Translations under genes and position numbers: made by a program
Shown: positions 1 to 6,712 of the stretch, piece after piece
How positions within the stretch are numbered: position 1 is the stretch's first letter
Layout of the letters: the number at the start of each line of letters is the position of its first letter
Virus record (IMG/VR): IMGVR_UViG_3300023214_000153
Location: 1 to 42,435 of that record
Direction: 5' to 3' (one strand)
Length of the DNA stretch: 42,435 nucleotides
Origin: a virus
Taxonomy: Duplodnaviria; Caudoviricetes
Notes under the pieces: generated by a model
Told to the model about the DNA's origin: nothing
The model's database searches: none
The model's input: the letters and a program-made list of their open reading frames with translations, nothing else

Positions 1-410
1 CCGGAGTCGATCGTCACGCCGGGGCTGATCGTCACGATGGGGTCGATCGTCACGTCGGGGCCGATCGTCACGTCGGGGCCGATCGTCGCGCCGGCGGCGA
101 TCCTCACGCGTCGGCCGATCCTCACGCCGGAGTCGATCGTCGCGTCGGAGCCGATCGTCACGCCGGAGCCGATCCTCACGCCGGAGTCGATCCTCGTGCC
201 GGGGTAGATAGCCACCCCATCGGCGATCTCGACATCATCGGCGATCTCCACACCGGGGCGGGTGGTGTGTGCCTCCCACCATTTCCGCCAGTCCAGCTGC
301 ACGCGATCGAGATCGAGCGCAGCATTCGGGGGTTGATCTCGCAGCCAATTTATCCCCCCATCGCAGGCTCCCCAGCGGATCGCGCATTCGAGGGCCTCGG
401 CATGTGTCAT
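1..410 (-). CDS. Hexapeptide-repeat (left-handed beta-helix) protein, 5' part; continues across the window end into 42230-42435
   Basis: GAGGAG RBS then ATG at 410: MTHAEALECAIRWGACDGGINWLRDQ... followed by VEIADD/VRIGSG/VTIGSD/ATIDSG/VTIGPD repeats; frame open to nt 1. Confidence 0.8.
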   Translation of the reverse strand, partial: MTHAEALECAIRWGACDGGINWLRDQPPNAALDLDRVQLDWRKWWEAHTTRPGVEIADDVEIADGVAIYPGTRIDSGVRIGSGVTIGSDATIDSGVRIGRRVRIAAGATIGPDVTIGPDVTIDPIVTISPGVTIDS

Positions 411-421
411 GTCAGCTCCTC
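408..421 (-). repeat. Start-associated leader GAGGAGCTGACATG, copy 1 of 4
   Basis: Identical 14-mer at 408-421, 41706-41719, 41995-42008 and 42226-42239; contains RBS and ATG. Confidence 0.9.
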
Positions 422-452
422 CTCGTGGTCGATCGTCACGTCGTGTCAGTCG

Positions 453-677
453 TCAGTCGTGCCACACGCCCCGCATGGGGGTAGTGCGGCAGATCTCCAC
501 CGCGGCAGCCTCCGGATCGTCGGCCTCCTCGATCTCGCGGGCCGTGTCGTCGGAGGGCCACCAGACGCCACCGGCGGTGTCGGTGACCGTCCATGTGTCG
601 GCTCGGAACTCTGGGACCAGCATGACATCCTCCTCACTGCCCCAGCATCGGTCCCCAGCTAGGGACAAGGTGGTCAT
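453..677 (-). CDS. Hypothetical early protein (74 aa)
   Basis: ATG inside the 30-bp leader repeat with AAGGAGAGGGG RBS; MTTLSLAGDRCW... Confidence 0.7.
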   Translation of the reverse strand: MTTLSLAGDRCWGSEEDVMLVPEFRADTWTVTDTAGGVWWPSDDTAREIEEADDPEAAAVEICRTTPMRGVWHD

Positions 678-855
678 GGTCTCGCCCCTCTCCTTGGTCG
701 CCAGCTTCGATCCCGTTCGTCCAATAGCAGAGGCGGGCAGTGGGCCGGCGGAGGAGGATCCGGAACCTCGTCCCGTCGGCCACAACGAAGCGGAGCCGGT
801 TGTCGCGCTGGGATGCGCGCCAGGCGCGACGGAGCGCGCCGAGAATGGTGGTCAT
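634..855 (-). CDS. Hypothetical early protein, first gene of the leftward operon, possibly truncated
   Basis: Same 30-bp leader; MTTILGALRR...; reads through the next leader and overlaps the downstream gene by 44 nt. Confidence 0.5.
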   Translation of the reverse strand: MTTILGALRRAWRASQRDNRLRFVVADGTRFRILLRRPTARLCYWTNGIEAGDQGEGRDHDHLVPSWGPMLGQ

Positions 856-876
856 GGTCTCGCCCCTCTCCTTGGT
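669..876 (-). repeat. 30-bp direct repeat (669-698 and 847-876) containing RBS + ATG ACC ACC
   Basis: ggtggtcatggtctcgcccctctccttggt present twice, exact. Confidence 0.9.
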
Positions 877-890
877 GGATGTGTACGGGA

Positions 891-919
891 AGTATCGGTG
901 ATGTGTTTCCCGTTGTCAA
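891..919 (-). promoter_or_regulatory. Strong sigma70-type leftward early promoter
   Basis: TTGACA (919-914), 17 nt spacer, GATACT (896-891), with A/T tracts upstream; same hexamers as lambda PL. Confidence 0.75.
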
Positions 920-1291
920 TAGGAAATGAGAAAAAAGGGGAGGCGCAAGTTGCTGCAAAACCGAGGGATAAAAAAAAAGATTGACGGCGCTCGGGACGAG
1001 GGATTAATTATCTGCCGGGTCCCCGGACCGTCTAGGGCTCGTGGCCTCGCACAACGTCTTGACCGCCCACCGGCGTAGTCGCGCGCCGTCGATCAAGCTC
1101 TCCTCCAATGCATCATGTCTGGTACATCCCGATCGTACTATGCGCTTTCCACGAACACACACGATGAAGGATCTCGTCAGCTATGAAGGAAACCCTATAA
1201 CCTCCCGCTCCAACCTCCGTTACACCACGAAACAGACCAAGAAGCACCATGGGTCCATTTGCACCCATGGATGGTCAACCCTACCGGCCGT

Positions 1292-1327
1292 AAGGGCAAA
1301 CCCTAGTGCAAGGGTAAACCCTAGTGC
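1292..1327. repeat. 18-bp tandem repeat AAGGGYAAACCCTAGTGC x2 in the non-coding region
   Basis: Two units differing at one base; each has AGGG...CCCT inverted arms. Confidence 0.85.
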
Positions 1328-1656
1328 ACACGTAGGCACTCGAGCCGTGGCTTTACCTAGTACATCTGTATAGTGTTGCGTCGCCGGTATACCGAACAAG
1401 GTCCGTACGGGACGAGAGGGGGGGTAGGGCCCCCCAAGGCGACACGAGAGGAGGAAGGAACCCTCTTCTCATTTCCGTACAACTTTCTATTGGTTCATCG
1501 TTGAGGTCGCGGGTCATTTCTCGCCCCACCCCGTTAACCGTTCCTCTGGCACGGTCGTGCAAGCGCTTCCTCGGCTCGGCTACTGTCACCATATCTTGAC
1601 ACCCCCTGAGAGCCACACAGACGCTCTCTGACGCACGATCGCCCCGCCTGGACCGC

Positions 1657-2289
1657 CTACCCATCCTTGGGCCCCGGTCGCTCGTCCTGCGGGCTCTCTG
1701 ATGCGCTCGAGCCCACCCCTGCGATTGCCCTGAGTGCCTGGACGGGATCGATCGCGCGCATCGGTTTCCCCTGCCGCGGGGCGGGGAGCTGCTCACGCAC
1801 CGAGCCCGGCAGACGATCCCACGCCGTCTCTCGGTCGAGGATGTCCTCGTACATCGAACGGAACCGAGCCTGGAGCGCCCCCATCCACTCCGGGCCGGTG
1901 TGGTCGATCACGCCGGTACCGCCGATGGCCGAGACGGCCCGGCAGGCCGGCCCAAACCGCGGGTCGTCGCCGAGCCCCGGCGGCTGGTAGCACGCAGGGT
2001 TGTAGGGCGCGGGGTTCTCGTGCATCGAGGTGAGCACCCACTGCCATGCCTCGTCGGCCTCGGGCCAGCCCTGGCCGATCGCCTTTCGATTCGCCGTGAC
2101 GGCCTCGCGCAGCTCGGCGATCGTCGGGAACCATCGGGATGTCGCGATGTGGCGCTGCGCGGCGTCCCAGAGGTCCTGAGCGTCGATGTCGGCGAGGATG
2201 CCGCGGTAGACCTGCAGCGTGTCGGCCCCCACGTCCTGGCGCGGGTAGGCGTCCAGCAGCAGCTTGAGCGTGGTGCCGATAGTGCTCAC
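1657..2289 (-). CDS. Replicative helicase loader/inhibitor (G39P-like)
   Basis: LLDAYP...YRGILADID...AAQRHIATSRWFPTIAELRE pattern; directly downstream of and overlapping the initiator gene. Confidence 0.7.
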   Translation of the reverse strand: MSTIGTTLKLLLDAYPRQDVGADTLQVYRGILADIDAQDLWDAAQRHIATSRWFPTIAELREAVTANRKAIGQGWPEADEAWQWVLTSMHENPAPYNPACYQPPGLGDDPRFGPACRAVSAIGGTGVIDHTGPEWMGALQARFRSMYEDILDRETAWDRLPGSVREQLPAPRQGKPMRAIDPVQALRAIAGVGSSASESPQDERPGPKDG

Positions 2290-3254
2290 GTGATCTCCTT
2301 TCCGGGGTCGAGTCCGTCGGTGCCGAAAACCTCACGGAGCGCAGCGTAGTTGCGATCGCGCCGGGCTTCTGCCGGCGATGCGCTTCTCGGGGCCGCGCCT
2401 GCGCGGCGCATCCATCCGGAGATGAAGCGCCGCATCCCGCGAGAGGTCTTGCGTCGCCCTGGGTGATCTCGGCACCACTGGGCGCACGATCGTAGCTGAG
2501 CGCGCACGTCGATCGTGGGGAATGCGGCCTCGAGCTCCTCGGCGTAGCCGGGGGGCATCGACCACGTGCCGCCTCCGCGGATCGGGAATGCGATCGAGTC
2601 GTCGGTGGGCTCTCCGCGTGGCGGAGCGTCCGCGCTCCGCTCTTCCTCTGTCCCTGTCCCTGGTATCTGCCCCTGTCCCTGCCCCTGCCCCTGCCCCTGG
2701 CTTCGAGGGGGCGTCGCCGCACCGCCGCCCGGCGGTGTGCGAGGAGATCCGCCGCTCTGGGCGGATCTCCTTCCGGATTCTTCTTCTGCCTCTGCCTCTG
2801 CCTCTGCCTCTGCCTCTGCCTCTGCCTCTGCCTCTGTCGTGATCCCCGTGACGCGATCGTGATCCCCGTGACGCGATCGTGATCCCCGTGACATGTCACG
2901 CCCTCTCTTGGACCGGTACCGACGTTGTCGGGCGGCGTCGGAGAGTTGCCGGGTCGTTCGTATCTCCCTATAGGAGCGGTAGTTAATCAGCTCGTACCCC
3001 CGGTCGACCTGTCGAATTCGCCGCCCCTCGTGCTCGTCGTCGGGCGTGCGGGGATCTGGGGACTGGAATCGCCTGAGAGCGTCTCGTGCCTCTTCTGGCG
3101 TGACGCGGGCACGTGCGGCGATCGCCTCGTCGACCGCCCTCACCACACCATGCTCGTCGGCCATGGTTAAGAGGGTGATCCACACGAGGCGGACGGGGTG
3201 AGGCTCGAACCAGATCGAGGAGTCGAGGATCGACGAGAAAAGCTTCACGTACAT
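2286..3254 (-). CDS. Phage replication initiator (replisome-organiser type)
   Basis: MYVKLFSSILDSSIW...LVWITLLTMAD N-terminus, ARQRRYR helix, AEAEAE linker, C-terminal RRKTSRGMRRFISGWM domain; contains iterons. Confidence 0.75.
   Translation of the reverse strand: MYVKLFSSILDSSIWFEPHPVRLVWITLLTMADEHGVVRAVDEAIAARARVTPEEARDALRRFQSPDPRTPDDEHEGRRIRQVDRGYELINYRSYREIRTTRQLSDAARQRRYRSKRGRDMSRGSRSRHGDHDRVTGITTEAEAEAEAEAEAEAEAEEESGRRSAQSGGSPRTPPGGGAATPPRSQGQGQGQGQGQIPGTGTEEERSADAPPRGEPTDDSIAFPIRGGGTWSMPPGYAEELEAAFPTIDVRAQLRSCAQWCRDHPGRRKTSRGMRRFISGWMRRAGAAPRSASPAEARRDRNYAALREVFGTDGLDPGKEIT
2785..2836. repeat. (TCTGCC)8 microsatellite encoding a poly(AE) linker
   Basis: Eight exact 6-mers at 2785-2832 plus a partial unit. 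Confidence 0.95.
2837..2900. repeat. Putative replication origin iterons: 20-bp unit x~2.8 plus palindrome CGTGACATGTCACG
   Basis: tcgtgatccccgtgacgcga at 2837, 2857 and (partial) 2877; unit length is not a multiple of 3; lies inside the initiator gene as in lambda O. Confidence 0.7.
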
Positions 3255-3267
3255 AGACTGGCCCCCG

Positions 3268-3301
3268 CAAGCGTGACAAGCGTGACAAGCGTGACAAGCG
3301 T
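3268..3301. repeat. 9-bp tandem repeat CAAGCGTGA x3.8 just upstream of the initiator gene
   Basis: Exact tandem units; shares the CGTGAC core with the iterons. Confidence 0.85.
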
Positions 3302-3387
3302 CATACTGAGAGATCGCTATGCACGCGTCAAGGGCTGATCGCGCGCATCGGTCCCCCCCGCCGCGGTCTGGCGCGGATAGGCGTCGA

Positions 3388-3864
3388 TCAGGGCTTTGGC
3401 GCGGTCTCCGGGTCGGAGGACGGCCACAGCGACCGCGAACCGCCCGGCTCCTTGCAAACCGAATGAATCAGGCCAAGGCGCTTGAGCCGGCGTTGCTCCC
3501 GCAGTTCACGTTGGAATGCCTCGCCGAGATCAACGCCGAACGACCGGAGTCGCGCCTTCTCGATCTCGGTGATCTCCCGGGCGCGCCGCCCGCGCGCTTT
3601 CGTCAGTAGGTGCGAGACGTCGGTGTACAGGTAGCAGGTGGTTGCACCAGAGCCAATTCCGTGACCGAAGTACGGGCTCGATCGAACGAGGTAGGCGAAG
3701 ACGATGAACTCGTTTCGCTCCTTTCCGGTACGCGTGTACCGAATGCCGTGCAGCTCCCGCGTGTCGCGCGGCCCCCATAGCACGATCCGTGGTTTTCGGT
3801 GCTTCCCGAAGAGCACGACATCCCCACGACCGAGGCGGTTGAATGTGCGCTTGCTCATCGCCAT
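3388..3864 (-). CDS. Hypothetical basic protein
   Basis: GGGGTGGTG leader then MAMSKRTFNRLGRGDVVLFG... Confidence 0.6.
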   Translation of the reverse strand: MAMSKRTFNRLGRGDVVLFGKHRKPRIVLWGPRDTRELHGIRYTRTGKERNEFIVFAYLVRSSPYFGHGIGSGATTCYLYTDVSHLLTKARGRRAREITEIEKARLRSFGVDLGEAFQRELREQRRLKRLGLIHSVCKEPGGSRSLWPSSDPETAPKP

Positions 3865-3980
3865 CACCACCCCCTCGGGCACGTCACGCGCGCCCACTCG
3901 CAGACGGCCCCCACCGCGGCGATCAGCCCGGCGGTGAGGCTCCAGCCGATCGCGGCGGCGATCGGCGCGTCCTCCACCAT
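3864..3980 (-). CDS. Small hydrophobic peptide (38 aa), not in the ORF track
   Basis: MVEDAPIAAAIGWSLTAGLIAAVGAVCEWARVTCPRGW; same 13-bp leader as the next gene; TGATG stop/start coupling. Confidence 0.5.
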   Translation of the reverse strand: MVEDAPIAAAIGWSLTAGLIAAVGAVCEWARVTCPRGW

Positions 3981-4014
3981 CACCACCCCTTTTCAAACAG
4001 ACCCCTTTGCTGCT

Positions 4015-4536
4015 TCACGTAGACCGACAACGCGCGGATGCGGTAGCCCATTTCCTCACGCCGAGAACATCAGACACCGAGAACCCCGCGATGTCGAGTC
4101 GATCCCGCGTATTCCCGCCCGCCACCAAGATGAGACCGTCACGCGAACCCCACCCGGCGAAGAGCCCGACATGACCGGGTGCGTCAAGCTCTTCGGGGCC
4201 CGGCTGTGGACCATCGCCTCGCTTGAGGACGACGAAATCGTTTGCCATGCGTGCATCATGTAGGTCAATCCACTTCCCGACCGTGAGCCAGTGCCGCGCA
4301 CGTAGCGGAGAGAGTGGATGTTGCGGTCGGTCGAGCCCCAAGCAGTGCGCGAAGAAGTGCATCGCGGCTCCGCACCACGGCACTTCGTCTTCGGTCGGCC
4401 ATCCGTTGAAGTCGAGCAGTCGATCGCCGGACGTTCTGAGCTTGAGCATGGCCAAGACGAGCGGGTTGTGCTTCTCCCCCTCGATCTCCTGGAGGCCGTA
4501 GAACCTCATGGCGAGGTCGTACATCGTGGTGGTCAT
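4015..4536 (-). CDS. TIGR02594-family CHAP/NlpC-like peptidoglycan peptidase (candidate endolysin)
   Basis: GLQEIEGEKHNP, DEVPWCGA, ARHW, GHVGLF and GGN motifs giving a Cys-His pair. Confidence 0.8.
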   Translation of the reverse strand: MTTTMYDLAMRFYGLQEIEGEKHNPLVLAMLKLRTSGDRLLDFNGWPTEDEVPWCGAAMHFFAHCLGLDRPQHPLSPLRARHWLTVGKWIDLHDARMANDFVVLKRGDGPQPGPEELDAPGHVGLFAGWGSRDGLILVAGGNTRDRLDIAGFSVSDVLGVRKWATASARCRST

Positions 4537-4543
4537 GGTCGCC

Positions 4544-4906
4544 TCATCGTCTCCTCCTAATCTCGAATGGGACGATCGCCCCTGTCAGCGCCGCTCGGAT
4601 ACGTTCGAGGCACCACGTCTGCCAGTGCTTCACATCGTCACCGACGAACAAGAGCACCCGCCAGCCGTGGATCACCGCCGCGGTGAGCTTCTCGCAGTCG
4701 TCGCGTAGCCCCGCTCCACGCGTATGCCGACCGCGCGACCACTCGCCGCCATGCACCTCGGCGGCCACGCGCTCCTGAGGCCAGGCGAGATCAAACCGCC
4801 ACGCGCGCTCGCTGTGGAAGCGGAGCTCAGGGGTCGGATCTGGAATGTCCGGGTCGTTCCTACACCAGAACTCCAGCATACGGGCGAGGTCGCGGTGGCT
4901 ACTCAC
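4544..4906 (-). CDS. DUF559/Vsr-like PD-(D/E)xK endonuclease
   Basis: ELRFHSERAWRFDLAWP..VAAEVHGG..GRH.R..DCEK...GWRVL; GTG start overlaps the upstream stop. Confidence 0.8.
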   Translation of the reverse strand: MSSHRDLARMLEFWCRNDPDIPDPTPELRFHSERAWRFDLAWPQERVAAEVHGGEWSRGRHTRGAGLRDDCEKLTAAVIHGWRVLLFVGDDVKHWQTWCLERIRAALTGAIVPFEIRRRR

Positions 4907-5136
4907 TGGATCACCCGCGGGCCACGCACCCGCGTCCACCACTGCACGAAGTCCCGGCCCTTCTGTGTGAGACGGAAGTCCTCATCGAGAAAGCCCTTGT
5001 CGATCACGCGCCGCACGCTCGGCGATCGTCGGCTGTGATCCCGGACCTTTTCGCCGCGGTGGATCTCCATCAGCACCCGGATCTGAGAGTCCGTCACCTG
5101 GCCGAACGGCGTGCGCTTGTTTCCACCCTCCCCCAT
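4903..5136 (-). CDS. Small winged-helix-like protein
   Basis: TDSQIRVL...VIDKGFL...LTQKGR pattern; GGAGG RBS. Confidence 0.6.
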   Translation of the reverse strand: MGEGGNKRTPFGQVTDSQIRVLMEIHRGEKVRDHSRRSPSVRRVIDKGFLDEDFRLTQKGRDFVQWWTRVRGPRVIQ

Positions 5137-5169
5137 CAGCTACCTCCATTCGCGTTGCTCAGTGCCGGG

Positions 5170-5198
5170 ACCGTACCCCCCGGCGTTCCCGTTGTCAA
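5170..5198 (-). promoter_or_regulatory. Leftward promoter for the replication block
   Basis: TTGACA-17-TACGGT; the 14-mer ttcccgttgtcaat is identical to 907-920. Confidence 0.55.
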
Positions 5199-5357
5199 TT
5201 CAATTCCATGTTGACGAGTGGGCGATCCCGTGGCACCATCCCGATGCGATTGGCAACTCACCTCCAGCTTGCTGCCCGTCGCTCGCGCAGGTGCCTGAGG
5301 GCCCCGGGGTTCCAGCCCCTCCCCCGGGGGCCTCTCCTCATCCCCCCCCCATTCCCG

Positions 5358-5387
5358 TTGACATCCCCCACCCCCGCCAAGTACCGT
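5358..5387 (+). promoter_or_regulatory. Rightward promoter for the packaging/late operon
   Basis: TTGACA-18-TACCGT in the divergent intergenic region. Confidence 0.45.
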
Positions 5388-5418
5388 CTACGCGAGGGGC
5401 GTGGGGGAGTGTGGATGG

Positions 5419-5667
5419 ATGTCTGACTCGCCGAGGGCGTGTCGCGAGTGCGGCGAGCCGAACGAGCTAGCCAAGAACCGGCGTATCTGTGTGTTTTGCC
5501 ACAGGGAGCGGGAGCGGCAACGGCAATGCGATCTCAGAGCCGACCCCGAGTACGTCGAGACCGAGCTCCAGAGGGCCCGCGAGCGCTACCACAAGAACCC
5601 CGACGTCCGTCGCCGGAAGATCAAGCAGTCCAAGGAATATCGCAAGATGCGCCGGGAGGCGGAGTGA
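5419..5667 (+). CDS. Zinc-finger (CxxC...CxxC) basic protein
   Basis: CREC and CVFC followed by a charged helix. Confidence 0.65.
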   Translation: MSDSPRACRECGEPNELAKNRRICVFCHRERERQRQCDLRADPEYVETELQRARERYHKNPDVRRRKIKQSKEYRKMRREAE

Positions 5668-5731
5668 TACGATCGCCCCGGTGAACGGATCGAGTCTCAT
5701 GGTGGTCTCACAGGGACAGAGGAGCGCTCAC

Positions 5732-6016
5732 ATGGCAATCCGAATGGGGAAGCGGCGTACGCGTCCAGCGCCCGCGCCGAAGCCGGCGGAGCCGGCCGGA
5801 ACGACGAAGCCGACGCAGAAAGAGGACATGAGTGAGCACGAAAAAATGTCGCTCCAGTGGCTTGCCAGCTACAACGAGCCGGTGTGCTGCACAACTACTG
5901 TGTATATCCGGCACATGCCGATGTTCGTCCAACGAAAGCTGGCGAGGCACCACGGCGGCCACATCTACGAGGCCACCGACGCGGGTCGGAAGCTGGCGAA
6001 GGAGCTGGGCGCGTAG
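5732..6016 (+). CDS. Hypothetical protein (possible winged helix)
   Basis: GAGGAG RBS; C-terminal YEATDAGR motif. Confidence 0.6.
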   Translation: MAIRMGKRRTRPAPAPKPAEPAGTTKPTQKEDMSEHEKMSLQWLASYNEPVCCTTTVYIRHMPMFVQRKLARHHGGHIYEATDAGRKLAKELGA

Positions 6017-6712
6017 ATGGGCCGTGCCGCGCGCCGCACCACATACGAGCCGAAGAAAGCGCACATCCGGCTCTATGCCGAGACCTCTCGCGGTCGGACG
6101 CTGAACCTGACCGAGGGGGAGATGCGCGAGATCAGGGAGTACGTGGAGCACCACCTCCTGAACCCCGGGCTCTACCCGCTCCTGCGGTTCTGCGCGAACG
6201 TGAACATCTCGCGTACCGTGCTCCGCACCGTCCGGGCGCGGATGAAGCGTTACGAGCCGCCTTTCAGCTCTCGCCCAATCGACAACCCGCGGCGAAACTG
6301 GGAGTACCACAACCGGCAGCGCCCATGCCCCGATCACGTGGAGGCGTGCAAGAAGTACCGGAAGAAGCCGAAAATCCTCGTGGACCCGGTGCACCCGGAC
6401 CTGCCAGACCCAGCGGCGAAGGCACCAAGCACCGCCGACCCTACGAAGATGACGCCGGAGTTGGCGTACGAGGAGATGGGGCGACTGACCTCGCTGCCCG
6501 AACCCACCGGCTACGAAGTGACCCGCATGGAGATGCTGAGGCAGTATATCCAGGCCGGCCACAAGGTCAGCGCCGGGGACTCGCTGGGCCCGCCACCGCC
6601 ACAGACCCCGAGGCAGGTCAAGGCCCGTCTCCTGCGCCTACTCGACTGCGTGGGGCCGGAGATATGGCTAGAGGTGTTCGAGGAGTACCGTGACCCTCAA
6701 GCTACAGGGTGA
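6017..6712 (+). CDS. Hypothetical protein, candidate terminase small subunit
   Basis: 231 aa, immediately upstream of and overlapping terL; function from position only. Confidence 0.55.
   Translation: MGRAARRTTYEPKKAHIRLYAETSRGRTLNLTEGEMREIREYVEHHLLNPGLYPLLRFCANVNISRTVLRTVRARMKRYEPPFSSRPIDNPRRNWEYHNRQRPCPDHVEACKKYRKKPKILVDPVHPDLPDPAAKAPSTADPTKMTPELAYEEMGRLTSLPEPTGYEVTRMEMLRQYIQAGHKVSAGDSLGPPPPQTPRQVKARLLRLLDCVGPEIWLEVFEEYRDPQATG

Noticed and set aside
1-240. CRISPR-like array from the repeats at the window ends
   Set aside because: Units are contiguous 18-mers with no spacers and encode in-frame hexapeptides; no cas genes seen
1041-1796. ORFs 1041-1373 and 1353-1796 as genes
   Set aside because: No clear RBS, atypical codon usage, repeat-derived sequence; treated as non-coding
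1793-2899. Long alternative-frame and antisense ORFs (e.g. 1793-2899, 5708-6562, 29696-30685, 32392-33360, 40686-41585)
   Set aside because: Arg/Pro/Gly-rich shadow ORFs expected in high-GC DNA, overlapping better-supported genes
1-4000. Frequent CGATCG/GATC as a HIP1-like or methylation signal
   Set aside because: Explained by ATC/GAT codons in GC-rich genes and the hexapeptide repeat; enrichment was not computed
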